A stretch of 64,000 bases of DNA from Neocallimastix sp. 'constans'. Taxonomy: Eukaryota. The translations under genes were made by a program, and so were the position numbers. The notes beneath the pieces were generated by a model, which made no database searches, was not told the origin of the DNA, and saw nothing but the letters and a program-made list of their open reading frames with translations. Positions within the stretch are counted from its first letter, which is position 1. Each line of letters opens with the position of its first letter. Below are positions 1 to 16,700 of this stretch, piece after piece. The stretch spans positions 1,736,001-1,800,000 of the forward strand of contig JBODTK010000001.1 in assembly GCA_050613775.1 (NCBI GenBank), given 5' to 3'.

Positions 1-869
1 CTACTTTTTTTCATACTGATAATTAATATATTTGTTGAACAGAACACTAAATAAATAAAAAGAATTTCTTGACTTCCGAATATTAAATTGGTCATTAACT
101 GTATGAAAAAAGGTAAAATGCAATTGTTGATCTACTTTTTAAGAACTAGCATGTCGAATACTTTCTCAATTATGGAGTATTAACACTCCTCTATAACTAT
201 TTCATATCAACAGAAAGCTAATGCTTTGTTTTTTTTTTTTTTTATTTTGTTTTATGTTTTATATTTTTATGTACTTTTTTTTTATGTATTATTTTTTTAT
301 GTACCGTTTCTTATATATTGATTTTATGAATGAAAATAATAATAATAATAATAATAAAATAATATTAATATGACATCATTCTTCAAGTGATATTTTTAAT
401 GAATTTTCATTAATAAATAATTTTTTCTCTATTAAATTAAAAAAAAAAAAAAAAAATTCTAGTTATATGAGTTTGGTTGACAAAAAAATTTTTTTCTAAT
501 CTATATTTTTTTCTTCTAAAAGCTCATAAATATTTTTCTTTTGGATATATTTTCAATTAAATTTTGAAATTCATTGTGAAGCTTATCAACATTTCGTCAT
601 CACTAAAATTGTTCCTTAATCATAAAATTAAAAAATTAAAATGTAAAAAATTAAACTTTTAAAATAATAATAATAAAAGTAATAAAATAAATAATAAAAA
701 TAATAATAATAATATTAGGATAAAATAACTTTACTGATTTAGCTTTTTCTTCTTATTTTTTTTATTTAATATTTCTTTAAAAATATATATATAATAACAA
801 TAATATATCATTTTATCTTTCATTTTTCACTTTTCCTTAATATTTTAAAAAATTAATATTAAAGGTTTA

Positions 870-994
870 AGTTATTTATTTATTTATTTATTTATTTATT
901 ATTTATTTATTTATTTATCTATTTATCTATTTATCTATTTATTTATCTATTTATCTATTTATCTATTTATTTATCTATCTATCTATTTATCTAT

Positions 995-1029
<35 letters not shown>

Positions 1030-1035
1030 TTTTAT
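870..1035. repeat. (TTTA)n/(TCTA)n microsatellite
   Basis: Direct tandem ATTT/ATCT tetramers. Confidence 0.85.
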
Positions 1036-1149
1036 ACATATTTAATAATAACAAAAATTAATGATAAATTATTAAATATTAATTAATAATATTTAATTTA
1101 GAAATAATTAATAAATAAAAAAAGAATACTGCATATTAATTATAAAGAT

Positions 1150-2075
1150 ATTAAAAGAACAGAGCACAGAGTTTATATAACTAAACTATAGAAATATATT
1201 TCTATCGAAATTAATATCTAACTGGGCCTTTAATTTATTTATTTTTTTTTTTTTTTTTTTTTGAAATTATAATTATAATAAAAATAAATAGCTATATATG
1301 AAATAAATTCCTAACTTATTTAAGTAGAAACAAAAGAAAAGCAATTCTGAAATATAATATTAAATTTACTATATATAAAATAATTAATTGAATAATTACA
1401 TTTATATTATATTATATTATCAGAATTCAAATTAATTTAATTATGAAAAAAAAATTTTTTTTTTTTGATAATAGCAGAAAAAATATTTCCTAATATAAAT
1501 ATTAAATATTGTATTTACCACTATAAAAGAGTATTAGTGTTTAAAACAAAAATGAATTATGTTATAATGAAGTAAAGTATTATATTATATATTAATTATA
1601 AAGTGATTTTGAACTTACCTTTTGTTGTAAATCCTGAATATATAATTGATATTTATAGTAAAATTAGATGTGAAACAAATAATATTGACCAATTTTTGAA
1701 ATTTTTTAGAATATTTTAAAAGAAATAACTATTTAAAAAATTATGAAAATTGGAATTATTATAGCAATATTGAACATAAAGAAAATAATGCATCAGAATC
1801 TTTCAATAATTATTTAAATAATTTATTTTCAAAAAAAGTTCTTTTATAAATTAATGTTAACATTATAAGAAGAAGAATCTTTATCATAAAATGATTACAA
1901 CAGGAAAAGTGTAGGAATTTGGAAAGAAAAAAAAAAAAATAGGAAAAACTGATGAAATCAGTATTTTAATATAAAACTATAGAATCCAAATTAATTGATA
2001 ACGATAACGGAAGTTTGAAATGATATTGTTGAACTATGGTTTAAATGTATAATTAATTTAAATAATATAAATATT
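1150..2075 (+). pseudogene. Decayed Mutator-like (MULE) DDE transposase fragment
   Basis: Manual translation across stops and frameshifts gives EKIFPNINIKYCIYHYKR (MULE CxxH motif, ~1475-1530), LPFVVNPEYIIDIY, and FLEYFKRNNYLKNYENWNYYSNIEHKENNASESFNNYLNNLF (NNxxESxN motif, ~1700-1830). No TIRs identified; boundaries approximate. Confidence 0.7.
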
Positions 2076-2263
2076 AATTTATTATAAATGTCAAAGTAAT
2101 GATCCAATAAAAAAGATTATCTGAATATCTGAATTCTATAGCAATTATTATTAATAATTAAAATTTTTCTTTTATATCTATATCATTAATTTTATGAATA
2201 CTATAAAATCAATAAAGTTTAAAATTTTTTTTTTTTTTATAAAACTTTTAATTATTTATTTTT

Positions 2264-2302
<39 letters not shown>

Positions 2303-3068
2303 TTTAAAAAAAAAATTATTTATATATATATATTTAGTAAAACTCTTAATTGTAATATTTATATTAATACAAAGACTGATTTTTTTAAAGAATATTTAAC
2401 CAATATTATTTTTTTATATTTTTAAGAAAACTTAAAAAAATTTTTTTTTTTTTTTTATATTTTTTAAGATAAAAGTCTTTTTTAATTTTTAAATGTTTCA
2501 TATATATACTTTTTATAGACTTCAAGAATATTTTATTTTTTTAGATAATATTTTATTTTTAAATAATATTTTACTTTTAAGCAATACCGTGCTTTTAAAT
2601 AATATTTTTTTTTTAAAGAATACTTTATTTATATATAAAAATTTTTTAATTGTAATTTTTTTATTAAAATAAATTAATTTTATTTTTTTTAAAAAAAATA
2701 AATAAAATTAATTGAATAAAAACTTTATTATCAATTAAAAAGAGTTAAAATAGGATAAATATGAATGCAATGTATGCATGCAGTGTAATATAGGAGTAAT
2801 ATACATGCATATTTTACATCTATGCAAAATATACCATATAGAGCTAAATCATCAATACTTTGAATTAATCTAACAAAAAAATGAAAGACAAAGAAATAAA
2901 GAAATCAAAATTCTATGAAAAATTGTATATCTTTTTATAAAAAAATTAATTAATAAATGTTATTAATTTAAATAATAATAATATTAATATTATTATTATT
3001 ATTAAAATATAATTTTTATGATTTTTGAAATTTAATTTTTTTTTTTTTTACATAAAAAAAAATAAATA

Positions 3069-3102
<34 letters not shown>

Positions 3103-4128
3103 GTAAAAATAATTAATTATGCTTTTAATATAAGTCATACTGCTTTATGGTTATATTGAATTTATTCATTAAATTATTTATACCACAGATTTTATGTATA
3201 TGTTATGTATATATATATAAACTATAGTAAAAGCAAAAAAATCAATCAATAATCCCTTTAAAAAAAAAAAAACCGTAAATTATTTAAGATTTATATTATT
3301 AATTATTATTAAAATGAGTTAAGACTATTTTTAACATTTTTAAATATCTATATATCTACATACATTTATGAATAAATGAATAAATTCATTTCATAACTTT
3401 CTTTTTTTTTTTTTTTTTTTTAATAAAAAAAAATATCTTTATTCTTAATTTTATTTTTTATTTTATTTTACAAAAGGTAATTCAAATATAGATATATTTT
3501 TTTATTTTTAATAAGTTATTCAAATGAATGTCATTCATTCAATTATTCATTCATTTAAATGAATTAATAGTAAGAATAAACATTATTATTATTATTAATT
3601 TAATTTAATTTTTTTTTTTTATTTTTTCTTTTTCATTTAATGCTTTCTATAGTATTTATAATTATTTTATATAGCGTAAATAATTAAGCTTATACATTTA
3701 AAATTAGAATAAATACACCCTTTTTTTTTTTTTAAATAATAAATATATTCATATATAAATTTATAAATTTATTATAATTTATTATTATTATTTTTCAATA
3801 ACATCCATAAAAGGAATAATTAAATATAATATTATTTATTTATTTATTATTTATTATTTTATTAATTATTATTTATTATATATTTATTTATAATAAATTT
3901 TTATTATTTTTTGAATGTTTTACTCTTCTAAAGTATTAAAATTAATAACCTTTATCTATAAAAAAAATTATAAAATTATATATATATAATAAAAAAAAAT
4001 TAAATAAAAAATAATGAAAGTATATCTTTTTATTTTAAAAAAATTCAAAATTATTTTAAAATGAAAAAATCTAAAATTTAAATCATGTATATACACTATT
4101 ATTATTATTATTATTATTGTTGTTATTA

Positions 4129-4196
<68 letters not shown>

Positions 4197-5009
4197 TCAT
4201 TATTATTATTGTATATTATGTTTTTATTATATATATTTCTTTTATTTATTATTTAATAATCACTATAATAATAATAATTAAAAAATGAAAGTCATTTAAA
4301 TAATAAAATCTATCCTTTAAAAATTTAAGATTTAATTATATAATAAAGAAAAAAAAATATTAATTAACCTTTTTTTTTAAAGTTTTTAACATAAGTGAAA
4401 ATGTTTAAAAAATTATATATTGGAATTAAAAATGATAACAATTTAGGTCAATAATAATAATCGGACAATAATAATTATTGAATGTATTATAATTCAAAAA
4501 AAAAAAAAAATAAAAATAAAAAAAAAAAAAGATCAAACATTTATACATATTTTATTTTAATTTTTTTATTATTTTATTCTAAAATATTTTAAATTTAAAT
4601 TTGTATACATTAAAAATAATGTATACAAATAATATATACGTTGATAAAAAGAAATAAATTTTATTTATTTACTTTGTTTATATATCATTTATATTAAATT
4701 TATCATAAATATTAATATTTTTAGATAATTAATAAAAAAATGTTGCTTTTTTTTTTTTTCTATAAAAAAGGAAAAATAAATAAATATTTAAAGATTTAAA
4801 GATTTAAAATAAATATAGATAAAATCTATTTCTCAACAAACAAAAAGGAAAAAAATGTACATTCTAATATTTAAAAAAAAAAGTTAAAAAAAAATTTTAG
4901 GAAATTTAAAATATTAAAAAAAATTTATAAAAATTTAAAATTAAATGAAAAGATTGATCAAAAAAAAAAATAAAGTTAAATTAATATATGTTAAATGTCA
5001 CATTCTTTC

Positions 5010-5053
<44 letters not shown>

Positions 5054-6026
5054 ATACTTTAAATAAAAAGTATTGATTATATTTATATTTATACATTTAA
5101 AAGTTTAATAATATAATAATTAATAAAATATGTTATCTATCAATAATTAAAAAAAAAATTATAATTTTTTTTATATCATTTGATATGATTAAAAATAAAA
5201 AATAATTAATAAAATATAAAAAAAAAAAAAAATACAGAAATTATCAAATATAATAATTTTTAAAAACTATATATATAAAAAAAACGTTTTTACTGGATAA
5301 AAATAAAAGTTTAATTATTATTTAAATAATAAAATTGAAATTTTATTTTTTATATTTTATTTGTAGTTTTAAATTTTTTTAATTATTTTATTTGTTTTTT
5401 ATATTATTAATTATTGAATAGAAATGAACATTATTTTTTAAAAAAAAAAAAAAAAAAAAAAAAGAATAAGAACTATTTTAGTAAACTTTTTTTAGAAAAA
5501 AAAATAAAATATATATTAAGTTATAATAAAATTTATAATATAATTATAAAAAAAATTGTAACAAAAAAAAAAAAAAAGAAATGAAATGAACTATTTTTTC
5601 ATTGATCTTATTTATGAGTTAGAATGTCTTATATATATAAATAATTTAAAATTTATATTTTCTATATTTTATTTTATTCTTTAAATTATTGTTATTATTA
5701 TCATTATTATTATTTAGGATTAGAAATTACCATTAGTAGAAAGAAAAAAATAAAAATAAAAAAAAAAAAAAAAAACTCACCTATTATTAGTTCTATAATA
5801 ATCATTAATCATTATATTTAATATTATAATAATTAATAATAAAAATATTTTTTTATTATTAACAAATAAAATGAAAAAAATATATATATATATATTTTTA
5901 ATCTTTTATAAATTATTTGTTAATATCTAATCGAATCGAAGGACACTAAATATATTTGTAAAAAAGATTACATACATATTACACACAACTTTATTATTAA
6001 TATTATCAATTGAATTATTAAAGTTT

Positions 6027-6072
<46 letters not shown>

Positions 6073-6150
6073 ATATTTTTTTATATTATATTTAGTTTCG
6101 ATTATTTTATATTATATTTATTTTTTATTTTTTTTTTTTTTTTTTTGAAT

Positions 6151-6275
6151 TGGAGTCATACTACGACCAAAAAAAATTTTTTTAAGCTCTATAAACTTAC
6201 ATTTGTTTACATTTAGTTTATATTATATATTATTTATTTTTATTTTTTTTGGAGTCATACTACGACCAAAAAAAA
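6151..6275. repeat. Local direct duplication containing TGGAGTCATACTACGACCAAAAA (2 copies)
   Basis: Identical motif at ~6151 and ~6250. Confidence 0.8.
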
Positions 6276-6935
6276 AAAATTTTTTTTTTATTAAACTCTT
6301 TAAGCTTGCATAAAGTTATTTAAAAAAAAAATGCATGTATTTTTAAAAATTTTTTACATTTCCCCACTCCCATAGACCTGCATATGAATATATATGAATA
6401 TATTATATATTAAAAAATGCTTAAAAAAAAATTTAATATACATAGCATGCTTGATCGTTTTATCTTTTTCAAAAAAAAAAAAAAAAAAAATTATATAAAT
6501 AATATATATATATATTATTATTATTATAATTATTATTATTATTGTTGTTGTTGTTGTTATTTTAAAATAAAATAATATAGAATAAAATTGAATTGATTAA
6601 TCTTGCAAAGTTACTCCACATTTTTAACGTAATTTTTCTTTTATAAAAAAATTATAATATAAATGACGTTATAATAAATATATATTTAAACATAAAAAAA
6701 AAAAAAAATGATTGAAATTATTATTTATTTATAAATGAGCATATAAATCGAAATAGTTATCTTATTTTGATTTTGATTTTATTTTTTTTAACAGATAGGA
6801 CACATTAATATAGAAAGAATGAAAACGAGTTAAATTAAAATATATATATATAATAAAGTAAAAATGAAATATAAAATAAAAAAAAAAAAAAAGTGAATTT
6901 ATTAATAATTGACGGGAAAAAAATTAATTATTATA

Positions 6936-6968
<33 letters not shown>

Positions 6969-9900
6969 TGTTCAAAGAAAATGGAATATATTTTTAATAT
7001 TAACAAAAGATAAAAAGAAATAAAAGAATTGAAAAAATTGAAAAAATTGAAATCTAAAATTTAAAATTTAATGGTTAAAAGAGGGGGAATTCTTAATTCA
7101 TTTCTATTTATTTATTTATTATTTTTATTATTATTATTATTAAAAGGTTCTTTTTTTCTTCTTATCATAATTTTCCATAAAATTGAATAAAAAAAAAAGG
7201 TTAAATTCAATTAAGTAAAAGACTTACTAGATAAGAATTGTTTCATTAATATATGTGATATAATTTTAAAATATAACCTTAATAATGACAAAAAAAAATT
7301 ATTATTTTATATAATATTATATAGTTACTCAAAAAATTATTAAGAAATTTTTTTTTCTTGGTTGTAAAAAGATTTTAAAACAGAAAAAAAAGTACTATTT
7401 ACATTAATAATATTGCTATTAGTAATAATTCTTAGTATTATTAGTAATATAGTAAAGATAAAAAAGATTCTAATATTTAACCAATTATAACTAATGTAAT
7501 GTATTTAAATAATGTATAGAAATCGATTAATCAATTTTTATTATTTCTTTAAAAAAATGTTGAATTTTTAAAACAATATAATAAAAAAAAAATACATTCA
7601 AATAATTAGATATATAAAAACATTCACATTTTTTAATGTATTAACTTTTTATTTGTTAATGTAATTACATTTTATTTTTAATGTAATTTGTTAATGTAAT
7701 AACTTTATATTTTTATTTAAAAAAAAAGTAATTAAAAAAAAAAAAAAAAAACGAGATTTTTTCGAAGAAAAAAAAAGATGTATTACAATGAACCTTAATT
7801 TATATATTTTTATATAGTTTTATTTTATATTTTCATATTTTTATATATTTCTTAGTATATTTTATTTTATCTTTTTTAAATATTATATTTTATTTTATGA
7901 TTTACTATTATTTTTATTGGTCAGTTTTTGATGTATCAATTTTTTATTTTTTTTTTATCTCTAATCTAATTTTATGTAACACAAATTAGTTAATACAAAA
8001 TTATTTATCATTTTATTATTAATATTATTATAAATTATTATCATCTTTATTATTAATATTTTATTAGATTTTATTCGTTTTTTCTTTTACATAAAGGAAA
8101 AATAATGTAATTCAAAATTTTATTAAAATTTAAATTACTATAATTTAATTATTAAATTATATTTACCAATCTATTTATTTATATATTTACCAATATATTA
8201 TATTTGTATTTACCAATAATAGTCTGTCCATTAATTAAAAAAAAACTTTTTAACTACATTAAAAAAAATATATATATTAAAATTATATGTAGATGCATAT
8301 TATCATAAAATTATTTCCATAAAAGTCAAGTTTGGTTATTCCATTAATCAATTTAAAAAATAATTATAATAAAAATATATTTCTAATATATATATTTAAA
8401 TTATATATTATATATAAAATAAATATATTATTTTATATTATTAAATAAATAAAATTAACATAATATATAAATATAAAAAAATACCAAAAATAATAAACAT
8501 ATATGTATAAATATATATATAAATATATAAATAAAAGCATATTTAAATAACAAATAAAATTTTAATTTTATAATTAATTCCAGTATTAAATATATCATAA
8601 AAATATTTCAAATTCCATTGTTGTTCTTTTAACCTTTGACCTTTTTTTTAAACTTTTTATATATTATTAATAATATTTTTTAAATTATCATTATAATATT
8701 ATATGTATATTTTTTTTTCTAAATAAATTTCTAAGATGTTCATTCCTTTATTATATCAAATTATTTGTTACATTACTAAAACAAAAATAAAAATATATAA
8801 TATATATATTTTGTATTTATATTCATATTAAAAATAATATATATTATAATAAAATGGTAATATACTAATAATACATTTTTAATTTAATTTTTATTTCTTA
8901 TTCTTGAAATACAAATAGTACTTTTTTTTTCCAAATTGATATATGAATTACTTAATAAAGCAAGTTAAGTTCAAAGTTAAACTTTTTTTTTTTTATTTTT
9001 TTTAATTTATTCCAATTTATATTAATATGTACATGTAATTATATCTATTTTATTTTTTTTTTTTTTAGTATTCATCCAGTTTACTTTAAAGTATGAATAA
9101 TGGAAATGTGAAAATATTGTATTTTGTGTGCCACCTTTTAAAATAAATTGAATATTGTAAAATATAAAAAAAAAAAAAATACTGTATTTAATTGTTATAT
9201 ATATGTAAAATATATAATATTTGTAAATTGAAACATATTATATATGTTGTATTTACATATATATTACATTTATAATATTTAACATATTGAAATATATTAA
9301 AATATAAATTAAAATTAATTGTCTATATATGGTGAGAATTTATTGATGTTATCGATTTAATTTAAATTTGAAATCATTTGTAGTATATTAAAAAAAAAAA
9401 CTTAAAAAACTTTATATAATAAATTAAAATATAAATTATAAATAAGTAAATAAATAGATTAATAAATAAATAAATAAAAAGAATAATACTAACAATTAAT
9501 AAATAAATAAATAAATAAATAAATAAATGAAATAAAAATCATCCATAAATATAATATTCAAAGATCCAAAATTAATAATAAAAAATCATTTATATAAATA
9601 CATTAATAAATAAATATTATATGTTACTTATATGCACATGTATATATAAATATAAATATATTCAACTATTTTTATTATGTATAAATATATTGAAATTATA
9701 TGTATCATTTTAATATAAAATATAAATAGAGTTATAATCTTTGTTGTTAAAAAATTTTTTTTTTCTTTGTTAACCCTCATTGAATAAGTTTAGGTAATAA
9801 ATAAATATATTATTTATAAATTAAAATAAATAGAAAAAAAGGTTTGTTTTTTTTGTAATGTAATAAATCGTATTAAGTATGTAAATACGTAAATGATGCT

Positions 9901-11569
9901 TATGAACAGAATAAAAAAGAAATGGTTTGTTTATATTCTATACGGTTATGAGGTTGAAAAGCACATGAATTAACACTTTAAACATAATAAAAATAATTTA
10001 TATATACAATTAAAAGCTTCAATGATTTTTAAACATATGTCTTTTTTTTATTTTAATTTTAACTTTATTTTAATATATACTTTATTTAGAGGTTGGTTGT
10101 GATGATAAAGTAATTAGTATATAAATTAAAATATATAGTAATTATAAAACAGTTTTTATTTTATAAAATATATATTAAAATGTATTTTAGAATTATATAC
10201 GTATACGTTTATCTTGACTTGACTTTGAGTAAATTGATCAAGGATCATTGGCATATTTTATTGTTGTTGTAAAAGTTTAAATATATATTTTTTAATTTTA
10301 TTGTTATTGTAATAATTAAATATATATTATTTTATTATTATTGTAAGAACTTTATATCTATTTTGTTGTTGTTATTGTAAAAGTTTAATATAGTTCTTTT
10401 ATTTTTTTTGTTTTTTTTTTTTTTTTGTTTTTTTGCTTTTTTATGCAGAATAATATTTATTTGTATTTATTTTATGGATTTATTAATTAACACTAAACAT
10501 GAAAACATAAAACAAAATAAAACATTATAACTATTGTAGCTTATTATATTAACCCTTTATTTTTTTAAATAATTATATAAATATATATTATATTTATAAA
10601 CTTATTAGAATTTTTCATAACTTTTATTTCGTTTTCTTGTTTTTTTGTTTTGTTTTGTGTATTTAATTGATTGTTGTCATAGTCGAATGAAAAGATAAGT
10701 ACATATACATATAATAAAAAGGGATTTGATACCTTACTTTAATACCAATTAAAGAAAAAATTAATTATGAACAATACTAAACAATAGTAACAATAGTAGC
10801 AATAATTACAAAAATAATTAATAATAAATATCATTAATAATGACAAGTATAATTGTAATAATAACTATAATATTAATTAATAATAATAATACTTTATATT
10901 ACTAATATATTCTGAACTATAATTTTTAGTTATATATAATGAAATAAAAAAAATAATAAAATAAAAATAAAAATAAAAAAAAATATTACTATAATTGAAT
11001 TAATTATTTTATTATATTTGAAAACTTTCTTTCCCTTTTTTTTTTTTTTTATAGCAAATTGTAAATAATAAATAAAAGGCTTATAACAATTGAAAAAGGA
11101 AATTAACCTTTATTGAATAAACCATAAAAAAAAATTATAATAAAATAAAATAAAAACCTTTATTTATTTCATTTTTATTTAAATAGAATATATTTAATAC
11201 TTTATATTATAATAATAAAATGAACTATATATTTTATAAAATTTAAAGTATAATTTATACTTTTATTTAAATTTATTTTTATTTTTTATATTTATTTTTT
11301 TCTTCTAGGCTTTTTTTTATTATTTTATTTATTACTTAATTTATATATAGCATAAATAAAAAAATGAATAATAAAAAATTATTCGAAATCTTGAACATTT
11401 TTTATTAATACAACACTTGAATTAATAAATAAAAATGAATATTATAAAAGAAATAAATATTTATTATATTTAAATATTAAATAAGTATTAATACAAATAA
11501 AGCAATAGAATAGAAATATTAATATAAATATTAATATATATTTCTATTTTTATTTTAAAATAATTTACA

Positions 11570-11800
11570 TCATAAATTTAATGTATTTTGTATTTAACAT
11601 ATTTAATACAATTACGTATTTATTAAACGTATTTAACATCTAACATATTTAATGTATTAATGAATTTAATATATTTAATGCATTTAGCGTATATACGTAT
11701 ATACGTATTTAATGTATTTAATGTATTTAATATTTAATGTATTTAATGTATTTACGTATTTACATATTTACGTATTTAATATATTTAATGTATTTACATT
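11570..11800. repeat. Degenerate ~9-bp minisatellite (TATTTAATG / TATTTACG)
   Basis: Many imperfect tandem copies visible. Confidence 0.75.
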
Positions 11801-13712
11801 AAACCTATAAAAGACTAACTATTAAATCCTAATCCTTAACATAAGCAATAAAAAAAATAAAAAATATTTAAGACATAACATAATAATAAAAGTATAAAAA
11901 AAAAATAAAATAAAAATAAAATTTAAAATTTAAATTAAACTTGAAAAAAAAAATTTTTTTATGCAGACTTGTCAATATTTTTTTTAAAAAAAAAAAAAAA
12001 AAATGACAAATTACTTCAATTTTTTTTTATCCTTTTATTATTATGTTATGTCTTAAATATTTTTTTTTTTTTATTTAAGATTTTTTTTTTAATTAATGCA
12101 AAATTATGCAAAGAAAAAAAAAATGCAAAGAAAAAAAAAATAGTCCTACTAAGGAAACATCTCTAATACGTTATGAATTAATTAATTATTTATTATTATT
12201 AATATTTTTTATTTCATGGTTTATGATACATTAATATAGATATCTAATCCTTTTGATAGATGTACATATTTTTTAATAATAGCTTATTTACTATTTTTTA
12301 ATAAATAAAAAAAATTTTTTTTTATTTATTATGAACATAATGTTCAAGGACATCCTATATATCAATTGAAATTTTAAATTTTTATTTTATATTTTATATT
12401 TATCTTTTTCTTTTTTTTTCAATTTATTCTTTTTTTTTATTGTAAATAAAAATAATAATGTATTTCATTTTTTTCTGTTTTTTTTTTTTTTTTTTTTGTT
12501 TTTTTTGTTTTTTTTGTTTTTTTTTGCTATGTTTTTCTTCTATTTCTTCTTCTTTATCTTTATATAAATATATAATGTATTTCATTTATTTTCTGTTTTT
12601 TATTTTATTTTTAAAAAAATCCAGTTATTATGAATGTTAATATTAATATTATATATATTATATTAAATAGGTCATTTTTTAATATAAAATAATTTTTTAT
12701 TGTAATAAATTTATAAGAATTAAACGAAACTTTTTTTTTTATTTTATACTGATTATTACATGTCCATTTTTTTTTGTCATACTAATTGTTAGTATGAATT
12801 AATTAGATATATCTTTTTTATTTCTTTTTTTCAAATGCAGTTTTAAGGTATTTTTTTTTTAAAAGTAAAAATAATTAATCAAAAATATTTTTATATAAAT
12901 AATTAAATAAGCAATAATTATAATGTTGAAATATTAAATGATATTAAATACTAATAATTTATATCCATAAATTAACAAAATTATAAAATAAATTTTAATT
13001 TAATGCATATAAATAAAATAATAATAAAATAAAAAATAAATAAAAAATTTTTAATTAAAATTTTTAATTAAATTTAAACCAAAAGTAAAATAAAAAAAAA
13101 TAAAAAGAAATATTTAAAATATATTTTTTTATTTTTATTAAATATAAAAAAAAAATTTTTTTTATTATTTTACATTTTATGTACATAAAAAAAAATTTTT
13201 ATTTTTTTATTTTTTTATATTTTATATACATAAAAAAAAATTGAGAGTTAATATCCTGGCTTTTTTTATTTTTTTTTATCGTTAAAATAATTAATAATTT
13301 AATTAATAAATAATGAATTTATATGGAAATAAAATTTATCAATGATGATATTTTTATATTTTCAATATAAGAAAAATAAATTATTTTTTTTTTTGAAAAA
13401 ATATATTCATTTTAGAATTAACAATAACAAAAATATTTTTTAAAAAATAAAATAAAATAAAACAACAAAGAATTTTAAAGAATTTTAATTTCTGTATTTT
13501 TATATTTTATTTCTATTTTTTTTTTTTCATTATTTTAGTAAAAGTACTTCCAATTTTCTTTTAAATTCAAGGATAACATAAAAGAAAAAATAATTTATTC
13601 ATTCATTTATTTATTGCTGGTATTATTATTATTCATTATTGTTTATTATTATTAATTTTTTTTTATTAAATATTAAAATATCTATTTAAACTTTAAATTT
13701 TTGTTATTAGAG

Positions 13713-13763
<51 letters not shown>

Positions 13764-16700
13764 AAAATATATATATATGTATAAGACAGTAAGATAGGAA
13801 TGAAAAGAAAATTAAAAAAAAATATTATTAATAAATAAGTTAACAGTAATGGGAATAAATAAAAAATAATAAAGTGTATAAGGAAAGAACACGGTTATAG
13901 TTTTAAAGTTTTTTTTTATTTATTTATCATTTTTTTTTATTCATTATTTATTGTAAATATTTTTAATCGAAAAAATTTTAACCATAGATTTCATTTATTC
14001 TCAAAATATATAAATGGAAAAAAAAAATTTTTTTTTATGTATATATATATATACATATATATTCCATATGGCTTTTACTTTTATATTGAAGAGAATGGTC
14101 AATAATAATAATAATAATAGTTATAAAAATAATTATAATAATAATAATAATAAAAACAAGAAAAATAGAATAATTATAAAATTAGAAATATTCTAACACC
14201 CTAAATAAAAAATAAAAATATTAACTAAATAAATAATAAGAAAAATTAATATATTTGTAATAAATTATAAAAAGTTAAAAAGTTAATTTGATTTTACAAT
14301 TGTAAAATAAAAAAACATATTTTTTTTTCTTATTTTAAAGTTTTAATAATAATTAATAATTAATAATTAATAAGTAATAATAATTAATAATTAGTGATTA
14401 ATGATTAATAATATAAACATATATATACATTTTAATTAATAATAAATAATAAATAATTAATAACATATAAACATATATACATATTTCAATTAATAATAGA
14501 TAGTAATTAATAATATAAACATATATATTAATTTCAATTAATAATAAATAATAAATAATAATAAATAATAATGTTATGACTTTTTTTTTTTTACTTTCCT
14601 TAATAAATATCATTTATTTATATATTAAAAAATCTTAACATTATTTGTTTCCTTTTTTAAGTAATGCATAAAATACTGTATAATAACATACCATGATACT
14701 ATAATATTAATAAAATATTATTTGTTTATTTGTTTATTTTTCTTTCCTTCTTTCCTTCTTTCTTTCTTTTTTTTTTTTTTTTAGAAAACTTTCTATATAT
14801 AGAAGGTTTGATAATGTTTGAAGGGTTTAATTTTTTTTTTTTTTTTACATCATTTATATTTTAATGTATAAATTCATTTATTCATAAAGTAAATGTATTT
14901 AATAATTATTATTTATTAATTATTTACAATTAAATGTTTTTCTTTTCTTTTCTTTTATATATATATTTTATTTGATTCGTTTTTTTTTTTTTTTAAGATG
15001 ATTTTCTTAATATAATGAAATAAATAAAATAAAAAAATTAATTAATCAAATAAAGAAATATAAATATAAAAATAAAAAAAAAATATTTTTAAATGGATGG
15101 ATCATCCTAAAATAAAAACAAAACAAATTAATTTATGTAATGTAATGTACAAAAAAAACAAATTTATGCATTAAGTATGAAGTAAGTGAAAATAAATGTA
15201 ATTAAAAATTAGTCATAACTATAATAATTATTTTTCTATTTAATTTTATTTTATAAAATATAAAATTTTTATTATTATATATAGTTTATATGGGTATGTT
15301 AAGATTTTTTTTAATATTTTTTTTTTTTTTTTTTTTTAATTTTATTATAACATGTATATAATAAAAATAATGTAGATCATCCTATTATTTTTGTTACGTG
15401 TCAATTTTTTTTCTTTTTACTAATTGCTTTAAATCTTTTATTTGATGGGGTTTAAATTTATTTTTATTAATATATTATTTGTATATATTTTTATATTATA
15501 AATATAAATTCTGTATTTTTTATATATAATGGTATAATTTTTTAATGTATGTATATTTCTGGTAAAATAATTTTAAAATCTTTTTTTTATTTGTACTTAA
15601 ATAATCCATTCTAATACGTTCTACATTTACATTTTTGATACATTATTTTTACATTCCTATTTTTATTGGTTTTCCAAATTTTATTATTATTATTTTTTCC
15701 ATTTTTAATATAATTTCTTTGTTTCCATAAATATATTTTATTTTGTTACATTAAAAAATAAAAAATTATAATGAAAAAAAAATTTTTTAATCAAAATTTT
15801 CATGTAGATAGGATAAATAATAAATATTAATAAATTATAATAATCTATTACATTTTTTTTGTTACATTAAAATAAGATAAAAAATAAAAAAAAAAAATAT
15901 ATATATATTTTTTAAATTCAATATGATAAAATTTTAATTTTTGCTTTTTATACATATTGTGACATTAAAGAGTAAAAAAAAAAGCTACATAAAAAAAAAA
16001 TAAAAAAAACTTTTTTAAATTGACGTAGTGTGTTTTTTTCCATATCTTTCTGCACTATAATTTATATATTTGTTTTATTCAACAAAAAAAAAAAAAAAAA
16101 AAAAAAAAAAGAATTAAGAACAATATATACACAATATTAAGTCCTCACTTTTACATATATATATACATAATTTAAAATTTTATTATTTTATTATTTTTTA
16201 TTATTTATTATTTATTATTTTTAAGTATTCTATTTGGATATTTATTTTATTGCAATATATATTATTTATCTATTTAATTACTATTCATTTACATTATTTT
16301 TTATAAAAGTTTCAAGATCTCTTTTCCTACATATTCTGTTGTATTGTACTCTATATATTTATATTTGATGGTGATGGTGGTGAGGTGTTTTTTTTTTTTT
16401 TTTTTTTTTTTTTTTGGTATCAATATATATACAAATAGATATAAAAAAAAAATAATTTTTTTTTTTTTCATGTATATAAAAACTTTAAATTTTATTTCCA
16501 TTTCTTTTTCACCAATGAAAGAGCAGAACAAAAAAAAACATGAATTATTGTATTGAACATAAATGTATTTCTTATCATGTAATGAACGTAATGTACATTC
16601 ATTTAATATTAATAAAAAAACAAAAGCCAAAAGCCAAATCAATAAAACTAAACAAAAAACAAAAAGACAAAAAAAAAAAAAAAAAAAATTGAATTAAATT

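Noticed and set aside
10238..10250. AAGGATCATT resembling the 18S/ITS1 junction
   Set aside because: Isolated 10-mer with no other rRNA similarity.
4085..16642. Short ORFs at 4085, 11969, 12458, 14014, 14398, 16301 and 16344
   Set aside because: Products of microsatellites and homopolymers (poly-Y/F/K/I/N); no domain signal.
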